DNA from: Pseudobdellovibrionaceae bacterium
GTDB lineage: Bacteria > Bdellovibrionota > Bdellovibrionia > Bdellovibrionales > Bdellovibrionaceae
Assembly (NCBI GenBank): GCA_039810425.1
Contig: JBDHWW010000003.1
Span: forward strand, 1-64,000
DNA length: 64,000 nt
Reading direction: 5' to 3'
The notes under the pieces are model-generated. The model was not told the DNA's origin. It saw nothing but the letters and a program-made list of their open reading frames with translations, and ran no database searches. A program made the position numbers and the translations under genes. The stretch's first letter is position 1. Every line of letters starts with the position of its first letter. Shown piece after piece: positions 18,131-27,293 of this stretch.

Positions 18131-19150
18131 ATGAAACATATCAACTATATGATTGATGAGAATATCAAAAAGCTTTCCGACAAAACTTTGCTCGCGCAAA
18201 CGGATCTCTTAGCGCTCGAACATCGCAAGAACTCAATTCTGCTTTTACGTCACCTTCGTGAAATTGAAGTGCGCCGTCTGTTTGTGGATCTTGGTTTTAC
18301 GTCTATGCATAAGTATTGCATTCAACAGCTTAAGTTTTCAGAAGGCGAAACGCAAAGACGCCTGACCTCGGCAAGACTATTAACGGAGCTTCCAGAGATT
18401 GAAGAGAAAATCGAAGCCGGCAGTTTGAGTGTTACAAACCTTTCTAAAATCCAGAGTTTTCTCAAACAGGAGAAAGCCGCTTCTCATACTTTGAGCAAAG
18501 AAGAGAAATTAGACTTGATTGAAGAAATGCAAAACAAATCCACCCGCGAAGTGGAAAAAGAGCTTATCAGCCTTTCTCATCAGCCAGCCCTTTTAGCTGA
18601 GAAGTTTCAAGGCGCTAAGGCGTCTATGCTTTTAAGCGAGGTCGGTCAAGACTACCAGAAATTTGAAACTCATCTTTCAGAAGAACACCAAGCACTTTTA
18701 ACAGAGTTTAAAAATCTCTATGCCCATGAACTTAACGGACACGGCAATGGCGATGTTCTTGTGTTTTTATTAGAAAAAGCAGTTCAACATAAAAAGAAAA
18801 AGATGGGTCTTATAGATAAGACGAAGCCTTTGCTCAAGAAAGTAAAATCTGCGAACAAAAGTGACGCCACCAATGCTGCGCCACCACCATCGGCGCCGAA
18901 GGTGAACATAACTCCGTACCGAAAATACATCAGCGTCCATACCAAAAAACATATTTGGCAGCGTGCCCAATCTTGTTGTGAACACCGAGACTCCGCAAGC
19001 CAAAAGCGCTGTGCCTCGAAGTTTGCACTGCAGATAGATCACGTTCAGTCACTAGCACTGGGTGGTTCAGATGAAATACCAAACTTACAATTGCTGTGTT
19101 GGGCGCATAATTCGCGACGGGCGATAAAGACTTTTCGTCAAAGGCATTAA
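18131..19150 (+). CDS. HNH endonuclease with DUF222/13E12-like N-terminal domain
   Basis: LREIEVRRLF..GFTSM..YC..L.FSEGET.RRL..ARLL..LPE...I..GSLS; C-terminal C-x10-C..QIDH..GG..NLQLLCWAHN; GAAGGA SD. Confidence 0.9.
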   Translation: MKHINYMIDENIKKLSDKTLLAQTDLLALEHRKNSILLLRHLREIEVRRLFVDLGFTSMHKYCIQQLKFSEGETQRRLTSARLLTELPEIEEKIEAGSLSVTNLSKIQSFLKQEKAASHTLSKEEKLDLIEEMQNKSTREVEKELISLSHQPALLAEKFQGAKASMLLSEVGQDYQKFETHLSEEHQALLTEFKNLYAHELNGHGNGDVLVFLLEKAVQHKKKKMGLIDKTKPLLKKVKSANKSDATNAAPPPSAPKVNITPYRKYISVHTKKHIWQRAQSCCEHRDSASQKRCASKFALQIDHVQSLALGGSDEIPNLQLLCWAHNSRRAIKTFRQRH

Positions 19151-19158
19151 CGCCAGCG

Positions 19159-19992
19159 CTATTCGAAGCCGAATTTCTTATAAAGCGCTACGAACTGCTC
19201 TGGGCTGAGTTCTTCGCCGCGGACGGTTTCTTTAAAACCCATTTCGGCGAGCCAACCCACGAGTTGGGCTTCGCTGATGTTTTTTTGCGAATAAAAAACC
19301 GATAGGTTTTTCTTTAGGAGCTTCCGGCGTTGAGCAAAGGCGGCCTTCACAAAACTTAAGAAAGACTTGGGCTGTGTCAACACGGGCGGCTTGCGAGTAA
19401 ATGCCAAAACCCGCGAAGCCACACGCGGAGCGGGATCGAAATCCCCCGGGCCAGCTTCCGTAATCTTTTCGGCTTTCCAGAATGTTTGTGCAATCACCGT
19501 CAACAAACCATAAGCATCGGTCTTTGCCGTCGCAGTAATTCTTTGCGCCACTTCTTTTTGGAACATCAGCACCATGTGATCCAAACCACCCTCACCGTCC
19601 AGGCAGCGATCAATCACAATACTTGAAGAAATCTGATACGGAAGATTACTGACCAAAACTTTTTTGCCCGCCGCTGAAGAATAAAACTGCTGCCAATCCA
19701 ATTGCAGGGCATCACCTTCGATCACCTCGAGCCCCTGAGAGCGCCAGAATTCGGCGAGCACGCGATCCAACTCAATCACGCGGAAATTCCCGCACATCTC
19801 GCGCAAGAAATAAGTCAAAGCCCCCGGCCCAGGCCCCACTTCGATCAAGGTTTCAGCAGAAAACTCGCGGGCTTTGTTGATGATTCTTTCAATCACCACA
19901 TCGCTGACCAGAAAGTTCTGCCCCAGCGACTTCTTGGCTTCAATACCCAGAGCCTCTTGTACGACTTTCAGGCGTTGCCGAGCGGTACTCAT
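19159..19992 (-). CDS. rsmA: 16S rRNA adenine dimethyltransferase
   Basis: KKSLGQNFL, EVGPGPGALT, SNLPYQIS, MFQKEVA. Confidence 0.97.
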   Translation of the reverse strand: MSTARQRLKVVQEALGIEAKKSLGQNFLVSDVVIERIINKAREFSAETLIEVGPGPGALTYFLREMCGNFRVIELDRVLAEFWRSQGLEVIEGDALQLDWQQFYSSAAGKKVLVSNLPYQISSSIVIDRCLDGEGGLDHMVLMFQKEVAQRITATAKTDAYGLLTVIAQTFWKAEKITEAGPGDFDPAPRVASRVLAFTRKPPVLTQPKSFLSFVKAAFAQRRKLLKKNLSVFYSQKNISEAQLVGWLAEMGFKETVRGEELSPEQFVALYKKFGFE

Positions 19993-21032
19993 TGTTGGTT
20001 ATTGAAATCTTGGGGAAGGCTCTGCGGAGAAGGCCCAAGATCCAATGTCGAAATTTCGCCTCTATTCAGGCGCAAAACACCCACGTAGCCGATCATCGCG
20101 GCATTGTCCGTGCAATACCTGAGAGGCGGAATCACCAATTTAAAACCTTTACGTTTTGCCCAGTCTTCAGCCCGCGCACGCAAGCGAGAGTTCGCACTCA
20201 CGCCACCAGTTAAGATCACACGCTTGGCTTTAAATGTTTTCGCGGCCTTTTCAAGCTTTGCAATCAGCACATCCACGATGGCCTCTTGGAAAGAAGCACA
20301 GAGATCTGGTAGATGTTTTTTCACTTCCTCAGGGCCCATTCGCTCTAGCAGGCGTTGACCTGCGGATTTTAAACCCGAAAAGCTCATATCAAAAGTATCG
20401 TCATGAAGCATACTACGAGGGAACTCGTAAGCCTGAGGATTTCCCTTTTGCGACTCACGATCTACACGCACTCCGCCCGGAAAACCCAGCCCCGCCATCT
20501 TGGCAAATTTATCAAAAGCCTCGCCAGCCGCATCGTCTTTGGTCGTCCCTAAAACTTCGTAATCCCCAATCCCCCGGATATGATAGAGGCTCGTGTGCCC
20601 GCCGCTGATGGCAAGACCCACATAGGGATAATCGAAATCTTCTGGTGGAGCATACTGAGCATCTTTCAAAAATGGGGCTAACAAATGCCCTTCAAGATGA
20701 TTCACGCCGATAAACGGGATTTTGCGAGACTGCGCAATACTTTTCGCGGTAACAAGCCCGACAATCAATGAGCCCACCAGTCCAGGGCGATTCGTCACTG
20801 CAATGGCCGGAATATCCTCCCAAGTCATATTGGCTTTTTTCAGAGCTTCTTCAATGAGCGGAATCAAGGCCCTCGAGTGATTGCGGCAGGCAATCTCTGG
20901 AACGATCCCCCCGTAAGGTTCATGTTCCAGGTCTTGGCTCGCGGAAACGACCGAGTGAACCCATCCCGTGCGTTCAACAACGGCCACAGAGGTATCATCA
21001 CAACTCGTTTCAATCGCGAGAACGCGGTCCAT
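19989..21032 (-). CDS. tsaD: tRNA t6A threonylcarbamoyltransferase
   Basis: LAIETSCDDT, GGIVPE, HLEGH, SGGHT, DDAAGEAFDK, CTDNAAMI. Confidence 0.97.
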   Translation of the reverse strand: MDRVLAIETSCDDTSVAVVERTGWVHSVVSASQDLEHEPYGGIVPEIACRNHSRALIPLIEEALKKANMTWEDIPAIAVTNRPGLVGSLIVGLVTAKSIAQSRKIPFIGVNHLEGHLLAPFLKDAQYAPPEDFDYPYVGLAISGGHTSLYHIRGIGDYEVLGTTKDDAAGEAFDKFAKMAGLGFPGGVRVDRESQKGNPQAYEFPRSMLHDDTFDMSFSGLKSAGQRLLERMGPEEVKKHLPDLCASFQEAIVDVLIAKLEKAAKTFKAKRVILTGGVSANSRLRARAEDWAKRKGFKLVIPPLRYCTDNAAMIGYVGVLRLNRGEISTLDLGPSPQSLPQDFNNQQ

Positions 21033-21042
21033 TTGGTACTCT

Positions 21043-21735
21043 TTATTTTTTATTAAGACCTTTTAAACGGATCTTAGCCTTTTTTGCTTCGTTAGAATCT
21101 GGAGATTTGGTAACGAGCTCATCATAGAATGTCTTGGCTTCATCTTTCATACTTAACTCTTGGAAAGACACGCCCATTTTGTATGTAGCCTCGTTGAACT
21201 TTTTGCCTTTGGGGTTTTCATCGCGATATTTCTGATAGTTCAAGATCGCTTTTTTCCAATCCTTTTGTTCGAAAGCCTCTTGGCCGAGCTCATAGGCACT
21301 TTTCTTGGCTTCTGTGGCGGCTTTCGCCTGGGCCGCAGACGCCTGAGCGAGGGCAGCGGCTTTTTCAGCCTTTAAAGCGTTTACTTCAGCACTTAATTGG
21401 AAAACTGTTTTTTCGAGATTGCTGAGACCATCTTGTAAAAGAAGAATCTTCTTGTTGGCGTCTGCTGAAGAATCAGCGGCGAACTTCTTCGCAGCTTCCG
21501 CTTCTTGCGAGCCTTGGCCTTTTTGGTGCTCAAGCACTTCTACACGGCCTCTCAAGCCACGCACGTCCTCTTCAATATCCGAGAAGCGGCTCGCAGAGTC
21601 CGCGGAAGCCCTTTGCATTTTTGTGACCTCTTGCTGAATCACTTGTTTTTGCTCGGTTTCGCGCACGTCTGTACGGGTTTTCAAACAGCCAGTGAGGCCG
21701 AGGCACAAAATACATGCAGGAAGTAACCACTTCAT
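21043..21735 (-). CDS. cpoB: Tol-Pal associated TPR lipoprotein (YbgF/CpoB-like)
   Basis: Lipobox LTGC, coiled coil plus TPRs, downstream of pal. Confidence 0.8.
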   Translation of the reverse strand: MKWLLPACILCLGLTGCLKTRTDVRETEQKQVIQQEVTKMQRASADSASRFSDIEEDVRGLRGRVEVLEHQKGQGSQEAEAAKKFAADSSADANKKILLLQDGLSNLEKTVFQLSAEVNALKAEKAAALAQASAAQAKAATEAKKSAYELGQEAFEQKDWKKAILNYQKYRDENPKGKKFNEATYKMGVSFQELSMKDEAKTFYDELVTKSPDSNEAKKAKIRLKGLNKK

Positions 21736-22040
21736 AAAACATCTCCTGTTTTTTGACGGATCAGGCGAGCTGAGTTTTCCGCTTTTTCAGCGGCCATCCT
21801 TGCTTTAATAAAAGCATCACGTGCCTGGATGTAATCTCTGTCTTTGTAGTACAACCGGCCTTGTCGGTAGGCCTCGTCAGCTTGGTGCCAGTAGCCTGGT
21901 GAGTGGCGGGGGGCTTGGACTGCCCGAGCGGCTTCAATCGCGGCGCGGGCCAGAGTATACTCTTCAATCGGTTGGGGGACCGTTTGGCAGCTCACTAAGA
22001 GAGCCAACATCGTCACTGCTAGAACAACAAATCCCCTCAC
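21732..22040 (-). CDS. DUF4398-like lipoprotein
   Basis: Lipobox LVSC; ARAAIEAARAVQA..A..AAEKAE helical pattern. Confidence 0.7.
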   Translation of the reverse strand: MRGFVVLAVTMLALLVSCQTVPQPIEEYTLARAAIEAARAVQAPRHSPGYWHQADEAYRQGRLYYKDRDYIQARDAFIKARMAAEKAENSARLIRQKTGDVL

Positions 22041-22059
22041 CCGAAAATTCCTTTAACTA

Positions 22060-22569
22060 TTATTGCTGAACTGGCAAGAAGTTCGCGCGACGGTTTTTTG
22101 CGTTCGCAGCTTCGCTCTCACCTGCTTCAACAGGTTTTTCTTTTCCGTAGCTGATCACAGACAAACGAGCCGCTGGAACACCCAAACTTACCAAGTAAGC
22201 TTTAACCGCGTTAGCGCGTCTTTCGCCCAATGCCAAGTTGTACTCGATAGTCCCACGCGCATCGCAGTGACCTTCGACTTGAACTTTGTAGCCACCGTTC
22301 TTTTTAATCCAATCCGCATTGCCTTGGAGGATCTTCTTATTCTCAGCATCGATGCTGGATTTGTCATATGCAAAATGCACCGTCTCAAGTCCAGGGATCT
22401 TACCGCTGTCACTGCCGGCAGTATCAAAACTCATTGGAGTTGATTCCACAGCCGTCTCAGACGTTGGAGTGGTGATAGGTGTTGATTCAACATCGGACTT
22501 CGTTTGTTTGCCTTTACAAGCAACTACCAAAGCGACTGCAGCAAAAGCGAACGTCAATTTACGTAACAT
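22060..22569 (-). CDS. pal: Peptidoglycan-associated lipoprotein
   Basis: Lipobox VVAC; VEGHCDARGTIEYNLALGERRA; SYGKEKP; KNRRA. Confidence 0.95.
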   Translation of the reverse strand: MLRKLTFAFAAVALVVACKGKQTKSDVESTPITTPTSETAVESTPMSFDTAGSDSGKIPGLETVHFAYDKSSIDAENKKILQGNADWIKKNGGYKVQVEGHCDARGTIEYNLALGERRANAVKAYLVSLGVPAARLSVISYGKEKPVEAGESEAANAKNRRANFLPVQQ

Positions 22570-22690
22570 CGTTACTCCTCCTTAAAGTTTTTGACCTTTA
22601 AAACTTTAAGCCATGATGGGTTATTGTCAAACCATATCAATTAGTTGTTTCGATATTGATGTTGCGTTGCCATGCGGTGATACTGAGCCC

Positions 22691-25627
22691 ATGAAATTGA
22701 AAAATCTGTTATTTTTTGCGGCAGTCTTAGTCACAGCATCCTTCTTTTCCGCTCCCAGCTTGGCTCTCGAATTCCCTCCGAGTTGGAAGGTCAAGAAAAT
22801 CACTACACCTCACTTTGAAGTGATTTATAATGCCGAGCAGCAAGAGCTGGGTGATCTTTACGCGCGCCAATTAGAGCGGGCCTACAGCGCGCTCTCTCCA
22901 ATTTTCGCCGCCCAGCCCGAGAAAACTCTCGTGATCATCAATGACAAAACAGATGCGACCAATGGTTATGCGACTCGCATCCCTTATCCACATATCATGA
23001 CGTATCCAGTTCTGCCTGGACCGCAGGAAAGCTTAAGCGAAGCCGGCGATTGGTCTTTGGAACTTCTTGCACACGAATACACGCACATTCTCACATTTGA
23101 ACCAGCGACCGGAGTTTTCCGTGTCCTGCGCGGAGTCCTCGGCAGCATTGCTTCGCCGAATATTCTTTTGCCGAACTGGTGGAAGGAAGGTCTCGCCGTT
23201 CAAGTAGAGTCCATGCTCGAACCTAAAGGTGGCCGCTTGAAATCCCTGTACCAAGATGCGGCGATCCGCGCGATGGCGGATGATAACAGTTTGCAAAGTT
23301 ATGACGTTGCACAAATCAACGAGTTCATCCCCTCATGGCCCGAAGGCATGCGTCCTTACATGTTTGGTTCGATTTTCTGGAGCCAAGCCGTCGAGGAAAA
23401 CGGCAAAGAGGTTATGAATAACCTCAACATGCGCCACTCTTCGCGTATACCTTACTTTATCGATGCGCCGGCCGAAGATTTACTGAAACTTGACTACGAA
23501 GATTTCTATCAAAAGGCCCTCAGCACGACGAACACGATGGCGCAAGAGCAATTAAAATCTCTGCGAGCCACACCCACCACGGAGATTCACAGGCTGCCGC
23601 TAAAAGCAAAATACTCTTCCTCACCGGCAATCAGCGATGACGGCAAGTACTTGGCACTGATTACTGTCGATTACAAAGCCGATCGTGTGATTGATATTTT
23701 CATTCGTGATCCAAAGACAAAAGTTATTAGCAAGAAACTGCAAGTCGAAATCAAAAAAGAAGATGAGCCTCTCACGCCGAAAGATAATAACGACGGCCCG
23801 CCTTCAGGCAGCATCCAAAAGATCGCATGGTTCCATAAGACGCCGAAATTGATTTACGATCAGCTTCGCTACCTGAACCGCATTGAACGCTACTCGGAAC
23901 TATACTCTTACGACCTCGACACCGGCAAAAGCAAACGTTTGACGACGGGCTTGCGCGGGCGCGAACCGTCCGTGTCCCCGGATGATGATAAAATCGTCTT
24001 CGTCCGTCTTGAAGGTGGACGCACCCGCCTTGCAGTTTACGATCTGGCGACCGGAAAAGCCGAGATCCTCTTTAGCCCCCCCCTGCAAGAGCGTATCTCT
24101 TCACCGGCCTACATGAATGCGGACACGATCATCTTTGCGCTTCGTAACAGCCAAGGCGAGGAAGGCCTGTGGACCTACTCGCTCAAAGACAAAACCACCG
24201 CGCAAGTTTTAACATCATTCACACAAGCGCGCTTTCCGAGTGTTACGAAAAACGGTTTGATGTTCACGGCGTCAAACAACGGCGTGCACAACCTTTATCT
24301 GGCAAATGCCGGGATGACTTCGGCAAAACCGGTGACTCATGTGGCAACCATGGTCAGCTCCTCAGCGTTGGACCCACAAACAGACAACCTCTATGCCACT
24401 TATATGTCATCCATGGGTCCGATGGTGGTCATGATCGCGGCCGATAGCTGGAAGAAAACTCCGGCGGCGCTGCCTCAAGTCGATGGGCTGTTTGCAAAAC
24501 GCTATCAGAGGACACTCGTGCCTGCTGAAATGCCGACGGCGGACGAAACAAAATTCGAAGTCAGCGATTATAGCCCCTGGGGCTACTTGTGGCCGCGCTA
24601 CTGGATTCCATATATTTGGACTTCACCTGAGGGCGGTATCGTCATTCAGGCACAGACCTCCGGCTTCGATCCGCTTCATCGCCATTCTTACGATGTCCTT
24701 GTCGACTGGAATACTTATCTTAAAGCCTTTGACTGGTCCGTAAGCTATTTGAACAACACCACGAACCTTCCAGTTCAAGTCACGAGCGCGCAAACACACT
24801 CTTACTTGGTGGAACGTGAAAATCTCGTGAAAGATACTTTGGCGCAAGTCTCTGCCTTACCGGACATCTGGAGCCTTAGCGAGAAACTCACTCTGGGGCT
24901 TGGCTGGCGTTATCTCGAGAGAACGGTGGTCAGCAGCCCGACGACAAAACGCACGGGCCCCTTTGGCTCATTGATCTACAAAAACTTCACTCAGGGAGGA
25001 GAACAGTTTACTCCGCAAGAAGGTGGTGGCGCTTATCTGATGGCCGTGGACTACATCGCGGGCAAAGGCCTGATGAATCATTCGCAGTTCCAAACAGGTG
25101 GCGTCTACTATTTTTCGACGTGGTTGCCGAAACTGCACTCAATAATGGCCCGAGCAAGCGTGCTTTACACGCCTGAGAAAATCGCCGCGATTTACGGAAC
25201 CCAGTCGGCCTCGATGGATTTTGACGGCTCGGATTTGATGTCCAAGTTCCTCGCCCGTGGCTACTCGACTGGTCAGTTCATTGGCCGCAACATGTACAAT
25301 GCGAGCCTCGAGTACCGCCTGCCGATTTGGGACATGTACAAAGGCAAAGGGACCTGGGCGTTCTTTGCCCGCCGCCTTTACGCCGCGTTGACTATGGATG
25401 CCCTTTCAACCGACGGCTTTGCTTATGAAATCGTTAATGGCACTTTTGCGGCTAATGCGGTGACGGCGCATGATATTTTCATGAGCTACGGCTTTGAAGG
25501 GCACTTGGAAACGTCGATTGGCTACGAATTCCCGCTGAACTTCGTTTTTGGTGTCTACCAAGGTTCCAATAAAAAGTACACGCCAGACCCGACAGCAGGC
25601 CTTGCCATCCAATTCGGAGGCTTTTAG
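22691..25627 (+). CDS. Zn-metallopeptidase / TolB-like propeller / Omp85-like barrel protein
   Basis: Signal peptide, HEYTH..WWKEGLA, PAISDDGK and PSVSPDD repeats, ARGY loop, C-terminal Phe. Confidence 0.75.
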   Translation: MKLKNLLFFAAVLVTASFFSAPSLALEFPPSWKVKKITTPHFEVIYNAEQQELGDLYARQLERAYSALSPIFAAQPEKTLVIINDKTDATNGYATRIPYPHIMTYPVLPGPQESLSEAGDWSLELLAHEYTHILTFEPATGVFRVLRGVLGSIASPNILLPNWWKEGLAVQVESMLEPKGGRLKSLYQDAAIRAMADDNSLQSYDVAQINEFIPSWPEGMRPYMFGSIFWSQAVEENGKEVMNNLNMRHSSRIPYFIDAPAEDLLKLDYEDFYQKALSTTNTMAQEQLKSLRATPTTEIHRLPLKAKYSSSPAISDDGKYLALITVDYKADRVIDIFIRDPKTKVISKKLQVEIKKEDEPLTPKDNNDGPPSGSIQKIAWFHKTPKLIYDQLRYLNRIERYSELYSYDLDTGKSKRLTTGLRGREPSVSPDDDKIVFVRLEGGRTRLAVYDLATGKAEILFSPPLQERISSPAYMNADTIIFALRNSQGEEGLWTYSLKDKTTAQVLTSFTQARFPSVTKNGLMFTASNNGVHNLYLANAGMTSAKPVTHVATMVSSSALDPQTDNLYATYMSSMGPMVVMIAADSWKKTPAALPQVDGLFAKRYQRTLVPAEMPTADETKFEVSDYSPWGYLWPRYWIPYIWTSPEGGIVIQAQTSGFDPLHRHSYDVLVDWNTYLKAFDWSVSYLNNTTNLPVQVTSAQTHSYLVERENLVKDTLAQVSALPDIWSLSEKLTLGLGWRYLERTVVSSPTTKRTGPFGSLIYKNFTQGGEQFTPQEGGGAYLMAVDYIAGKGLMNHSQFQTGGVYYFSTWLPKLHSIMARASVLYTPEKIAAIYGTQSASMDFDGSDLMSKFLARGYSTGQFIGRNMYNASLEYRLPIWDMYKGKGTWAFFARRLYAALTMDALSTDGFAYEIVNGTFAANAVTAHDIFMSYGFEGHLETSIGYEFPLNFVFGVYQGSNKKYTPDPTAGLAIQFGGF

Positions 25628-25710
25628 CGCTGCACGTTGTCGGCTCTCCACAAGGACCCCTTGACAATGATCCAGGTCGTCGAAAACACTGGAAATACCT
25701 GGAGGGGTGC

Positions 25711-26226
25711 ATGGAGAAAATCAGCTGGATTAAAGAACTTGTGAAAGCTGAACAACAAATGGAAGAGTCTGGTCTCGTGGACATGACTTTTGGGTTCGAC
25801 CCAGAACGCGTTCTCGTGACCGAAAGCATCCAATTTCTCATGAACCTCAAAACCGAGTTCGTGGATGCTTCCACCAATTTTAATGAGTTGAAACCTTCTG
25901 CTCTCGGACGCATCAAAATTTATGGGATCGCGAAGACTCACGCAGACTTCATGCTTTTCCGTAATGGCTATAAAATGATTTTCTCATTGAAAGCCCCAGG
26001 TCAGATCAGTGTTCGATTCAATTTCATCGGTACAAATTACATCCCCACTCCGGGAGCCCCAGAGAGCACTCCGGCGGCAAACGCGAACGTGATGGATGAA
26101 AATGTCGTTGAAGCAAAGTGGGCTGCTTTCGAAGAGCTCATCTGGACTTATCGTGGACAGACTGTGAAAATGGAATACATGGTTCGCCACTACCTCACTC
26201 AATTCATCCGCGAAAGCTCTAAATAG
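25711..26226 (+). CDS. Hypothetical protein
   Basis: 171-aa ORF, GGAGGG SD, TTGACA upstream. Confidence 0.8.
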   Translation: MEKISWIKELVKAEQQMEESGLVDMTFGFDPERVLVTESIQFLMNLKTEFVDASTNFNELKPSALGRIKIYGIAKTHADFMLFRNGYKMIFSLKAPGQISVRFNFIGTNYIPTPGAPESTPAANANVMDENVVEAKWAAFEELIWTYRGQTVKMEYMVRHYLTQFIRESSK

Positions 26227-26280
26227 TTTTAGAGTCCTGGACTTATAAATTGTCCGCAGTTCGCGGACAATAGAGCTAAG

Positions 26281-26796
26281 ATGAAATCAAAGCTTTGTAT
26301 TTATATCTTTGTTGGCCTGGGTTTTATCAATAGCGCTTTTGCTGCTGATATCTGTGCTAAAAACGGCAAAGACCTAGCTCTCTTGAAAGACTCTTTTCCT
26401 CGATTTTTTCAGTCACAAACAGAAATCCACTTCGCTCGCTCAGAAACTCCGGTGGCGTATCTCAGTGTGACAGTATCTCCGGATAAAATAGCCGGCGAAG
26501 CAAAGTACAAAATTCCGATCTTCGGGATCAAGCAAGAAAAAGGCTATGCGACGAGTCTATGCTACAACAAAGACAATGGCGAGCTAAAAATCGAACTCGA
26601 TAACGGCAAAGAATTCAAAGTGAAACTTATCAACGACAATCCGCCCGACGCCACTGTCACTATTAAAGGTTACGAGATGACTCGCAAACCAGCCGAGTAC
26701 AATAAAGCCATGGCGATCTTAAATAGCACAAGCTCAAGCTCTTCGTCTTCATCAGGCGGATCTAGCGACAATAACAATAATGGAGGTGCTCAATGA
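26281..26796 (+). CDS. Hypothetical secreted protein with Ser/Asn-rich tail
   Basis: Signal peptide ending AFA; overlaps next start (ATGA). Confidence 0.75.
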   Translation: MKSKLCIYIFVGLGFINSAFAADICAKNGKDLALLKDSFPRFFQSQTEIHFARSETPVAYLSVTVSPDKIAGEAKYKIPIFGIKQEKGYATSLCYNKDNGELKIELDNGKEFKVKLINDNPPDATVTIKGYEMTRKPAEYNKAMAILNSTSSSSSSSSGGSSDNNNNGGAQ

Positions 26797-27293
26797 TGTC
26801 TTTCGTAGTCAGCACACTTCTCAGTCTGTCCTTTGCAGCGACCACGCCAGTTCAATCCAAAGAAGAGATCAAGTTCATCTCTAAAACAGACAATAAACTC
26901 TTGGATACTTTTAAAACCGACGCTTACATCGGTACGATCGGCCGCATAGACGAGAAAGCTCATGATCTGAGCCTCGTCGATCTTTATGCTTTTAAGGATA
27001 ACGGCAAAATTTCGATGAACGAGAATCTTTGTAAGGATTATCTCAAGCAAGTCTATGGGCCGCTTGATAAAATCACTTTGAAAGTAAAGTACATCACAGT
27101 TTATAAATCGCACACGGGCAATACGTGCGAAGCCCAAGCGGATGATCCTGACCAAAAGAGTTCGATTCCTGAGCGTAGAATCATCATCGGCTTCTTGAAC
27201 GCGAAACCGTATGCGATCGAATTTAATCTTGCTAAGAAATCCACTCCAGACGTTCAAGAGAACATCCGCAAATTCTGGGACAGCCTACGCTAG
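26793..27293 (+). CDS. Hypothetical secreted protein
   Basis: GGAGG SD, signal peptide, Cys pair. Confidence 0.75.
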   Translation: MMSFVVSTLLSLSFAATTPVQSKEEIKFISKTDNKLLDTFKTDAYIGTIGRIDEKAHDLSLVDLYAFKDNGKISMNENLCKDYLKQVYGPLDKITLKVKYITVYKSHTGNTCEAQADDPDQKSSIPERRIIIGFLNAKPYAIEFNLAKKSTPDVQENIRKFWDSLR

